Below, piece by piece: positions 8,647-16,632 of a stretch of 39,297 nt of DNA (position 1 is its first letter; every line of letters begins with the position of its first letter). Origin of the DNA: Bacteroidia bacterium (lineage in GTDB: Bacteria > Bacteroidota > Bacteroidia > NS11-12g > UBA955); NCBI GenBank assembly GCA_032111345.1, contig JAULUW010000288.1, positions 1 through 39,297 of the forward strand, given 5' to 3'. The notes beneath the pieces were generated by a model. That model was given only the letters and a program-made list of their open reading frames with translations, did no database searches and was not told the DNA's origin. Position numbers and translations under genes: made by a program.

Positions 8647-9865
8647 ATAATCCTGCGAGGTGTACCAACACTTCGCGGGATTTTTCCATATCTTGTACGC
8701 TTACATATTCATGCTTGCCATGGAAAGCCATCTCCCCCGTAAATATATTCGGACAAGGCAATCCCATAAAACTCAAACGAGAACCATCGGTTCCCCCTCT
8801 TGCACTGCTTAATTTGGGACTTAATCCCGCCATTTCAATGGCTTTAATGGCATAATTAGAAATTTCAGGACGCAAAGACACCACTTCTTTCATGTTTCGA
8901 TATTGTTCTTCGGTACTCATTTCCATGCGTGCACCGGGATAATCTGAAACCGTAGCTTCTGCAATGCCTTTCAAACGCGCCTCGTGTTCGGCCAATTTAG
9001 CCGTTTCAAAATCGCGCACAATAAATTTTACCCAAGCATGTTCGGCAACACCACCCATAGTTACAGGATGTACGAAACCTTCTCTACCCGATGTGGTTTC
9101 TGGACTGAAGGAATCTTTGGGTAAACGGCTTAAAAAGTCGCCTGCAATTTTCAATGCATTCACCAATTTATTCTTGGCATAACCAGGATGTGCCGATACG
9201 CCATAAAAATTCACTGTTGCGCCATCCGCACTAAACGTTTCGTCTTCATAGCTTCCCCGAACACCCCCATCTAAGGTATAGCCCACTTCTGCGGCTAACT
9301 TCTCAATATTTACATAATCAACCCCTCTTCCTATTTCCTCATCCGGCGTAAATAAAATGCGAATATCGCCATGAGGCAATTGCGGATTGTTTTGCATGAA
9401 TTGCACAAAATCCATAATCACCGCTACCCCCGCTTTATCGTCGGCACCCAATAAAGTCGTACCCGATGCGGTAATGATATCATCGCCAATGCGCTGCTTT
9501 AAATACGGATGCTCTGAGGTGCGAATTACTTGACTGGGGTCGTCGGGAAGCACCAAATCTTGCCCTTGATAGTTCTTATGAACAAGGGGTTTAACATTAG
9601 CCCCTGTGCAATCTGGCGACGTATCCACGTGCGCACAAAAACACAAGGTAGGAACCTTGCCATCTGCATTTGATTTTAAGGTTGCGTAAACATAGCCATA
9701 TTCGTCTAAGTGTGCATCCTCCAAACCCATATCCAATAATTCTTGAACCAATACACGGCTCAAGTCTTTCTGTTTTTCAGTACTCGGAAAAGTCGTACTA
9801 TCTGGGTCACTTTGTGTATCAATTTTTACATAATCGCAAAAGCGATCGGCTATATGCTTATTCAT
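8633..9865 (-). CDS. pepT: Peptidase T (tripeptide aminopeptidase, M20B)
   Basis: N-terminus RFCDYVKIDTQSDPDS plus metal-binding contexts CAHVDTSPD, GADDKAGVAVIM and FTPDEEIGRG. The 410-aa length fits. Confidence 0.9.
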   Translation of the reverse strand: MNKHIADRFCDYVKIDTQSDPDSTTFPSTEKQKDLSRVLVQELLDMGLEDAHLDEYGYVYATLKSNADGKVPTLCFCAHVDTSPDCTGANVKPLVHKNYQGQDLVLPDDPSQVIRTSEHPYLKQRIGDDIITASGTTLLGADDKAGVAVIMDFVQFMQNNPQLPHGDIRILFTPDEEIGRGVDYVNIEKLAAEVGYTLDGGVRGSYEDETFSADGATVNFYGVSAHPGYAKNKLVNALKIAGDFLSRLPKDSFSPETTSGREGFVHPVTMGGVAEHAWVKFIVRDFETAKLAEHEARLKGIAEATVSDYPGARMEMSTEEQYRNMKEVVSLRPEISNYAIKAIEMAGLSPKLSSARGGTDGSRLSFMGLPCPNIFTGEMAFHGKHEYVSVQDMEKSREVLVHLAGLWAAH

Positions 9866-11132
9866 ACTGTCGTACTAAATCGGTTAAACTCATTTCTAAA
9901 GCTTTCGCTGAAATCCCTGTGGATTTTGGGTTGAATTGGTGCACCCTCGCGAGGGCTCCTGCAATAATCTGACTTACATCTTTGAAGATGGCGGTGTCGG
10001 TAAGTTCGGCATTTTGACCCATTAAATAGGCGAATACACGTGCCATACCGCAGTTGGCAATAAAGTCAGGCAAAACGGCCATTTGAGAATCGGCAAGTTT
10101 TGAAATTGGACCCATAAAAATTTCAGAATCCGCAAAAGGAACATTGGCGCCACAACTAACTACTTCAATACCCGATTTTACCATGCGATTCACCTGGTCT
10201 TCAGTGATTAAGCGACTGGCAGCACCCGGAATAAATATCTCAGCGGGCAAATCCCAAATTTTCTCATTTACCTCTTCAAAAGACATCATATTGGGCGCAT
10301 TCAATGCGTTACCGTCTCTGCTTAAAAACAAGGCTACGATTTCATCATGACCTAAACCTTTAGCATCGATTATTCCACCGTTACGATCGATAATACCTCC
10401 AATTCGAACCCCGTATTTGGTAAGGTAAAATGCCGCCGCTGCTGCAACATTGCCCCATCCTTGGATAATGGCAAGTTTATTATTCATAAACCCACCATAG
10501 ATTTCATAGTAATGACGAACCGCTTCGGCAACGCCCCAACCAGTAATCATATCTGCAATGGTATATCCTTTTTCTAGGGAAGGTGTTAAGCGTTCGTCGG
10601 AAATAGGCAACAATACGCCGGTTTGCAGGCGCGAAATGGCTTTCAGTCGTTCTTCCGGAGTATAGGCCGTATGATATCCGTTAACAACGCCTTCTTGGGG
10701 ATGCAAAACATCCAAAGCCGCGGTCATTGGAATTACTTCATGAATTTCATCCACGTTTAAATCTCCACCGGTACCATAGTAATGCTTCAAAATAGGTTTA
10801 ACGGCTTTATACCAACGCTCCAAAACGCCTTTTTTGCGAGGGTCGGCTGGATCGAAATTAATACCTGATTTTGCGCCCCCTATTGGTGGTCCTGCGATGG
10901 TGAATTTCACTTCCATGGTTTTGGCTAGACTCTCCACTTCGCGCTGATTAAGACCTTTGCGCATGCGGGTACCACCACCAGCGGCCCCATTTCGCAAGGA
11001 GTTGATTACTACCCAGCCTTCTGCCTCAGTTTCACTGTCTTTCCATGAGAACACAATATGTGCTTGTTTGTTCTCAAACTTGTTTATTAATGTATCTAGT
11101 TTCACGTTATAATAGCTTCGAAAAATCTCCAT
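9858..11132 (-). CDS. Glu/Leu/Phe/Val-family amino-acid dehydrogenase (probable glutamate dehydrogenase)
   Basis: Motifs GAAGGGTRMRKG and PIGGAKSGINFDP (catalytic Lys context), plus the Rossmann segment IIQGWGNVAAAAA. It overlaps pepT by 8 nt, which suggests an operon. Confidence 0.85.
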   Translation of the reverse strand: MEIFRSYYNVKLDTLINKFENKQAHIVFSWKDSETEAEGWVVINSLRNGAAGGGTRMRKGLNQREVESLAKTMEVKFTIAGPPIGGAKSGINFDPADPRKKGVLERWYKAVKPILKHYYGTGGDLNVDEIHEVIPMTAALDVLHPQEGVVNGYHTAYTPEERLKAISRLQTGVLLPISDERLTPSLEKGYTIADMITGWGVAEAVRHYYEIYGGFMNNKLAIIQGWGNVAAAAAFYLTKYGVRIGGIIDRNGGIIDAKGLGHDEIVALFLSRDGNALNAPNMMSFEEVNEKIWDLPAEIFIPGAASRLITEDQVNRMVKSGIEVVSCGANVPFADSEIFMGPISKLADSQMAVLPDFIANCGMARVFAYLMGQNAELTDTAIFKDVSQIIAGALARVHQFNPKSTGISAKALEMSLTDLVRQYE

Positions 11133-12189
11133 CTAGTGAACCCCCAATTACCGAACGCGAAGCACCCGTAGTCGCTCCCGATACATTGTTAAGGTTCTTT
11201 ACGCGCATGGCTCCTAAAAGCGCAAAAATCATCGCTTCTTTATATTGTACCAATTGGGAATCGGGAATAACAACATTGGAATCGGTTTCTGATTGAATAT
11301 AATCCATCAGCGTCGTATTAAAGGCACCACCCCCAGTTACCAAAATGCGCATCTCAGACAAGGGTTTATCTGAATTCAATTCTAAGGCTTTCGAAATTTG
11401 AGTGGCAATATGCATTACCAAGGTCTTCATGCGATCCTCTAAAGGTTGATCGTCGAAGTCACGCACAATATGCCAGAATTCTTTATTGATCCATTCGCGA
11501 CCTAAACTTTTAGGTGCTGACTTCCCATAAAATGAAATGGCGTTTAATTGTTCTAATAAAGGATAAATAATATTGCCTTCTTCCGCAATTTTACCTCCTT
11601 CATCGTATTTCAATTTGCGTTCGCGGGCAAGGCGATTCAACACAATATTACACGGAGCAATATCAAAGGAAATCCGGCCGCTTGCTGCCTTAATTGATAC
11701 ATTACAAAATCCACCCAAATTCAAACACGCATCGTATTCTGAGAACAGAAGTTCATCTCCTAAGGTTACCAAAGGAGCCCCTTGACCGCCAGCGGCCACA
11801 TCTGCCCTGCGGAAATTGCTTACAGTTGGTATTCCAGACGTCCCATAAAGGGTAGCGCCGTCTCCTATTTGTGACGTAATCCACTTATGGGGTTGATGAA
11901 AAATCGTATGACCGTGTGAGGCAATAAGATCTATGTCCATACCCGTTTCTTTCTGAAAGGCCAATGCCAATTCCCCCAAATAACGGCCGTAAAATATATC
12001 GGTTCTTACATACAGTTCGGGATTTTGGTATTTGAGTTGAGACAGCCGAACCCTCCAAGTTTCATTGTAAGGCAAAGTAATTGCCTTCAAAATTTCAACC
12101 TTCCAGCCGCTGCTTTCTTGATTCACCGAACAAAGTGCTAAATCAATTCCATCCATGCTCGTTCCACTCATTATCCCTAATACATTCAT
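11107..12189 (-). CDS. anmK: Anhydro-N-acetylmuramic acid kinase
   Basis: The N-terminus MNVLGIMSGTSMDGIDLAL is the AnmK signature. Also present are NLGGFCNVS and ILVTGGGAFN. The start is set at the MNVLG methionine (12189). Confidence 0.88.
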   Translation of the reverse strand: MNVLGIMSGTSMDGIDLALCSVNQESSGWKVEILKAITLPYNETWRVRLSQLKYQNPELYVRTDIFYGRYLGELALAFQKETGMDIDLIASHGHTIFHQPHKWITSQIGDGATLYGTSGIPTVSNFRRADVAAGGQGAPLVTLGDELLFSEYDACLNLGGFCNVSIKAASGRISFDIAPCNIVLNRLARERKLKYDEGGKIAEEGNIIYPLLEQLNAISFYGKSAPKSLGREWINKEFWHIVRDFDDQPLEDRMKTLVMHIATQISKALELNSDKPLSEMRILVTGGGAFNTTLMDYIQSETDSNVVIPDSQLVQYKEAMIFALLGAMRVKNLNNVSGATTGASRSVIGGSLDGDFSKLL

Positions 12190-12212
12190 AATTAATCTAG
12201 ATTGACCTATCG

Positions 12213-12220
12213 CAAAAATA
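12213..12220 (-). promoter_or_regulatory. Candidate -7 promoter box (TATTTTTG) for the anmK-gdh-pepT unit
   Basis: Exact TAnnTTTG on the minus strand, 23 nt upstream of the anmK ATG at 12189. Confidence 0.35.
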
Positions 12221-12308
12221 GGAAACTTATTGTAGAAACCCGTTTCTACCTGTGTTATGATTCGCATGCATTTTTAATTTCAGCGATTTTTGTGTAAAAT
12301 GCAGCGTT

Positions 12309-13598
12309 ATGGAACGCAAGAAATTCATAAAGTTAGGATTAAGCGCGGCTTTCGCAGCCCCTTTAATTCCTTCCTGGGGGAAGTCGAAAAACGAATCCGC
12401 CCCTATTTCAGACTGTGATGTTTCCAGTTGGGAGAAAATTCGCAATTATTTCCCTTTGAAAAATGAATTGAATTTCCTGAATAACGGCACGATGGGTATC
12501 ACACCTACTCCCGTATTAGAGGCCATACAAACTTCCTTTTTGAAAATTGCAGAAAACGCGCAATACCCCCACCATGACAATTCCTTAGAGACCCAATTGG
12601 CCGACCTCATTGCTTGCCTTCCTGAAGAAATTGGCATCACCAAAAACGTGAGTGAAGGCATCAATCACATCGCGTGGGGCATTCCTTTACAATCAGGTGA
12701 TGAAGTCATCATAACCAACCACGAACATATCGGCGGATGTGCTGCATGGATGCGCCGTTCGCAATTAGAAGGCATAAAAATTACCGCCATTCCTCTAGGT
12801 GCTAGTCCTGATGAATTTCTAGATATCCTTCGCAAATCAATTTCCCCCAGAACAAAAGTTATTGCCGTGCCTCATATTCCTTGTACCACAGGTCAAATTT
12901 TACCCGTGAAAGAAGTCTGTGACTTGGCGCGCGAAAATGGGATTATATCCGTAATAGATGGGGCGCATCCGTTGGGAATGATTCGTTTTAATGTGCGCGA
13001 TATCGGGTGCGATTACTATGCCGGCTGCTTTCATAAATGGATGTTAGGCCCTATTGGCACGGGTTGGATGTATATGCGGAAGGATCGGATTGCCCGCACA
13101 CGGATTACACATGTTGCGGCTTATTCCGTTAATGCCTTTGATATGAGCGCACAGCCTCCGGAAATGGACCTTCCTATTGACGCGGCGAGCCGGTATTCCT
13201 ACGGCAGCTTTTCGGGACCGCAACTTGAAGGTTGTAAAGCCGCCTTACAATGGTACCAGCATATCGGACCGGAACGCATAGAAAAACGCGTTAAGGAATT
13301 AAATGGATATTTGCGAAATACCCTAAACGAAGCGGGCTCAAAAGTAGCGATTCTCAATTTTAAGAACCCCAATTATGCCGGTGCCCAACTTGGATTTAAA
13401 ATTACCAAATTCAATGGAAACGCAGCAAGCGAAAAATCCGAACAAGGATTTGTGAATTACGCCCGTAAAAATGGCTTAATTTTGCGGTATGTTGGCGAAA
13501 ACAAGGTCGATTGTATTCGAGTTTCTACCCATTATTACAATCAGGAGGCAGAAATCGATCGGCTGTTTGAGCTGCTAAAAACCTATGCTTGGAGCTGA
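12309..13598 (+). CDS. Class-V aminotransferase-fold PLP enzyme (cysteine desulfurase / isopenicillin-N epimerase-like) with a Tat-like signal peptide
   Basis: Motifs VIDGAHPLG and YAGCFHKWMLGP (PLP-Lys context). The N-terminus MERKKFIKLGLSAAFAAPLIPSWG resembles a twin-arginine (RRxFLK) signal with RK in place of RR. Confidence 0.75.
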   Translation: MERKKFIKLGLSAAFAAPLIPSWGKSKNESAPISDCDVSSWEKIRNYFPLKNELNFLNNGTMGITPTPVLEAIQTSFLKIAENAQYPHHDNSLETQLADLIACLPEEIGITKNVSEGINHIAWGIPLQSGDEVIITNHEHIGGCAAWMRRSQLEGIKITAIPLGASPDEFLDILRKSISPRTKVIAVPHIPCTTGQILPVKEVCDLARENGIISVIDGAHPLGMIRFNVRDIGCDYYAGCFHKWMLGPIGTGWMYMRKDRIARTRITHVAAYSVNAFDMSAQPPEMDLPIDAASRYSYGSFSGPQLEGCKAALQWYQHIGPERIEKRVKELNGYLRNTLNEAGSKVAILNFKNPNYAGAQLGFKITKFNGNAASEKSEQGFVNYARKNGLILRYVGENKVDCIRVSTHYYNQEAEIDRLFELLKTYAWS

Positions 13599-14553
13599 GT
13601 TAATCCCCACAGATTGGATTCAAAAATGGAAGAACAACGAATGCTTTGCTTTACAAAGCTCGGGAAGTACCGGCGATCCGAAAACCTTTTATTTTGAGCC
13701 CAGTTTGATGCGGTGGAGCGCCGAACAAACGCGCAAACATTTCATTAAAGGACACTCACTGCAACAACTAATTGCACTGCCCTTGGATAAAACGGGCGGC
13801 TTCATGCAATGGGCTCGCGCACAAACTTGGGGAACCCCATTTGACGTGATCTCACCTTGCAGCAATCCTTTGCTGGCATACACAGGAACTGCGAAACTTA
13901 GCTCCTTTACACCGATGCAAATTGAGCACATCTTAAGCCACGAAGTTTCGAGAAAGAAATTGCAACAATTTGAAAATGTTTTAATTGGAGGGGGCCCAAT
14001 TTCGGGGGAATTAGAAGAACGCTTATTGCAGGAATTTCCAAATATTCACTGGGTGCACACCTTTGGAATGACGGAAACCTACTCGCATTTTGCAGGCAGA
14101 ACATTGGGAGAAGCCTTATATCGACTTATCGACGATACCGAAATCGATGCCCAGGATACGGGCTTACGACTTCGAAATCCATGCACGCAAAACGAATGGC
14201 TTCAAACCCATGATATTGTTGAAATTGTATCCAGTAGCATGTTTAAATGGATAGGTCGCAGCGATTTTACCATTAATAGTGGCGGGATAAAAATACAACT
14301 TGAACGCGTGGAGGCGGAGATTCAAGGTTTAACGGGATGGTTGGCTGAAGATTTTTTCTGTTGGTACGAAGAAGATCCGATTATGGGACAAAAACTGGTA
14401 CTTTATACAAAAAACGGGCTTCAACTCCCTTCAAATTTGCAATTTTCATCTAGGTATTACCAACCGAAAGCGGTTTATCAACGCAGCAGCTTCCTTTACA
14501 CGAGTACAGGCAAAATCCTACGAGAAAAGACCGCGCGCCTCCAGAAGGCGTAA
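13585..14553 (+). CDS. AMP-binding (adenylate-forming) enzyme, short O-succinylbenzoate-CoA ligase-like
   Basis: Core motifs SSGSTGDPK, FGMTET and GRSDFTINSGGIKI. The 322-aa length matches the short Bacteroidota MenE-like type. It overlaps the upstream gene by 14 nt. Confidence 0.75.
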   Translation: MLGAELIPTDWIQKWKNNECFALQSSGSTGDPKTFYFEPSLMRWSAEQTRKHFIKGHSLQQLIALPLDKTGGFMQWARAQTWGTPFDVISPCSNPLLAYTGTAKLSSFTPMQIEHILSHEVSRKKLQQFENVLIGGGPISGELEERLLQEFPNIHWVHTFGMTETYSHFAGRTLGEALYRLIDDTEIDAQDTGLRLRNPCTQNEWLQTHDIVEIVSSSMFKWIGRSDFTINSGGIKIQLERVEAEIQGLTGWLAEDFFCWYEEDPIMGQKLVLYTKNGLQLPSNLQFSSRYYQPKAVYQRSSFLYTSTGKILREKTARLQKA

Positions 14554-14589
14554 GATTTTACATCTCCAGAAGGCGCAATATTTTGCGCA

Positions 14590-15006
14590 TCAGGGATAGG
14601 TAGGGCCTAAGATATAAAAAAACGCAGCCGCAACCAGCAATAACTGACTCGCCCAACGCAACTTCGCGTTGCGGTTATACATTTTCCGATAGGAATCCGG
14701 CACTTCTACCTCACTCATTTTTCTGTGCGAGAGAAATTGCGTTAACGCTAAATAAACCGTAATAATTCCCGTATACATGAGGGCAGGATTCAGATTTTTA
14801 GGTCCATAATAGACCAATCCAAATTGCAAGGCCAAAACGATCATTAGTGCATATAAGTTTAGGGTTCTCAATTTGGCAAATTGCCCAACAAAACGGCCCC
14901 GTTCTTCATCTGTCAAAAGGGCCAAGGCCTTTTCCGATTGATGCCGACCGTAAAATGTTATGACCACCATGATCACCACTGCAACTATCAATATTGTTTC
15001 CTTCAT
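14590..15006 (-). CDS. Hypothetical membrane protein (about 4 TM helices)
   Basis: 138-aa ORF with hydrophobic helices (ILIVAVVIMVVITFY, LYALMIVLALQFGLVYY, IITVYLALTQFL, LLLVAAAFFYILG). It overlaps the stop of the upstream gene by 4 nt. Confidence 0.6.
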   Translation of the reverse strand: MKETILIVAVVIMVVITFYGRHQSEKALALLTDEERGRFVGQFAKLRTLNLYALMIVLALQFGLVYYGPKNLNPALMYTGIITVYLALTQFLSHRKMSEVEVPDSYRKMYNRNAKLRWASQLLLVAAAFFYILGPTYP

Positions 15007-15863
15007 AAAAGCGTCATTTGATATACAAACGTAATACTTTTTGAAGGTTCGATAATCTGCATGCCTTCTTTTTGCATCAAATCACCCGTTGCATTTACAT
15101 GATCTGCGATTCCCCACCAAGGTTCAATACAAATAAAAGGGGCTCCTGGTTTTTTCCAAATACCCCAATAAGGCGCCATTATTCCCTGTGTTTCAAAATC
15201 TAACACGGCCACACCCTGTTTTAAAATTCGCATTTTTTGGATGTCTTCATGCTTAAAAACGATTGCATCTTGCTCAAAAAAGGACTCTTTCAAATTTAAA
15301 ATGCCGTCATTCTCGAATGGAACAATTTCTGTATCACCCGTATAATATCCGTTGTGGATTAAATGTCGTTCTGCCGATTCCATTCCTTGTATTTGAATAG
15401 AATAGTCCGATATCGATCCATCAATATGAAAACCTGGATGCGCGCCAAAGCTGCAGTACATAGACGCTGCTCCTGAATTTATCACTGTATTTTCAACCCT
15501 TAGGGTGCTTTCTATGAGTGTGAAAACTATGTTTAATTCAAATTCAAAGGGATAAATTTGCAAAGTAGCCGCATCCGAACGCAATTTAAGTTCTAGACAA
15601 TCCGTGCTTGATTGCACGACCTCAAACTCAGAATCGCGGGCAAATCCATGTTGCTTCATTGGATAGGATTGACTTCCAAACGTGTAACTATCGTTCTTCA
15701 ATCTTCCCACAAAAGGAAAAAGTACAGGTGCTACCCGATTCCAATAGTGTTCATCTACCGCCCATAATACCGTTTGTTTATTCGTAGTATTAATCCAGTC
15801 AATAATTTGAGCTCCTTGTTCCGAAATAGAAACTAAATTTTTATAATTCTTTAATGTGTACAT
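15003..15863 (-). CDS. Aldose 1-epimerase-family (galactose mutarotase-like) protein
   Basis: Motifs PVLFPFVGRL, KQHGFARD, GAHPGFH and CIEPWWG are typical of the aldose-epimerase superfamily. Confidence 0.75.
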   Translation of the reverse strand: MYTLKNYKNLVSISEQGAQIIDWINTTNKQTVLWAVDEHYWNRVAPVLFPFVGRLKNDSYTFGSQSYPMKQHGFARDSEFEVVQSSTDCLELKLRSDAATLQIYPFEFELNIVFTLIESTLRVENTVINSGAASMYCSFGAHPGFHIDGSISDYSIQIQGMESAERHLIHNGYYTGDTEIVPFENDGILNLKESFFEQDAIVFKHEDIQKMRILKQGVAVLDFETQGIMAPYWGIWKKPGAPFICIEPWWGIADHVNATGDLMQKEGMQIIEPSKSITFVYQMTLL

Positions 15864-15885
15864 AGTGAATATCGCAAAGTAACAT

Positions 15886-15893
15886 TACTTTTG
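15886..15893 (+). promoter_or_regulatory. Candidate -7 promoter box (TACTTTTG) for the LytTR two-component operon
   Basis: Exact TAnnTTTG, 22 nt upstream of the ATG at 15916. Confidence 0.35.
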
Positions 15894-15915
15894 GGAATAC
15901 TTGTAATCACTCATT

Positions 15916-16632
15916 ATGCCAGAAATTAATCCAAGCAAAATAAACGCATTGATTATTGATGATGAGCTTTCCGGTAGAACAATGATAGAATATTATTTAC
16001 GCGAGTTTGCAAATGATGTTTTTGAAGATATTACGGCTGTCTCCTCTCTCAAAGAAGCCTTGGTCTGTTTGAAAAATCTCAAAGTCGACGTAATTTTTAC
16101 CGATTATGAATTGCGAAATGAAACGGGGCTCATGATTCAACCGCATGTATCTGAAGACATTCCCATCATCGTTGTGAGTGCCCACTCTCAATATGCGGTT
16201 CAGGCTATTCAAACCAGCGTATTCGATTATTTGTTAAAACCTTTAAGCGAAGCGGAAATTCTCCGATTCAAAGACCGCTTGAAAAAGAAACTGAAGTTCC
16301 AACAAGAGCAAAAAAACGCCCCTAAAATCGAACAACATTTAATAATTAAAGACTCTGGTGAAAATATCGTAGTTTCATTTCAAGATATATTGTTTATCGA
16401 AGCCTCAGGCGCCTATTCTAAAATTGTTACAAATTCCAAAACCTTTATAGCCTCAAAAACACTGAAAAGTATTGAAGTGCAACTTCCAAAGTCCTTTATT
16501 CGAATTCATCGCTCTTATATTGTACCTTTAAACCAAATTGCTAGTTACACCAGCAACGTCGTATGCTTAAAAAACGGAGCCCAAATAGCCCTTTCAAAAA
16601 CCGGAAGAAAACTCTTCCAATCTTATTTCTAA
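15916..16632 (+). CDS. LytTR/AlgR-family response regulator
   Basis: Receiver domain (ALIIDDE ... VDVIFTDYEL ... DYLLKP) followed by a LytTR DNA-binding domain (ILFIEASGAYSKI ... FIRIHRSYIV). Confidence 0.9.
   Translation: MPEINPSKINALIIDDELSGRTMIEYYLREFANDVFEDITAVSSLKEALVCLKNLKVDVIFTDYELRNETGLMIQPHVSEDIPIIVVSAHSQYAVQAIQTSVFDYLLKPLSEAEILRFKDRLKKKLKFQQEQKNAPKIEQHLIIKDSGENIVVSFQDILFIEASGAYSKIVTNSKTFIASKTLKSIEVQLPKSFIRIHRSYIVPLNQIASYTSNVVCLKNGAQIALSKTGRKLFQSYF

Noticed and set aside
14539-14588. 12-bp direct repeat CTCCAGAAGGCG (14539-14550 and 14564-14575) plus a 6-bp hairpin gcgcaa-tatt-ttgcgc between convergent genes
   Set aside because: The repeat is short and present in only two copies. 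One copy is the last codons of the ligase gene and the other sits just past the stop, so it is probably a tiny local duplication. The hairpin is too weak (6 bp, no T-run) to call a terminator with confidence.
16563-16632. 70-nt overlap between the response-regulator gene and the histidine-kinase ORF, considered as possible frameshift or fusion
   Set aside because: The two frames differ, and both proteins have complete, normal domain sets. The overlap most likely reflects the ORF finder picking the first ATG, with the real kinase start being a downstream alternative start codon near the hydrophobic signal segment.
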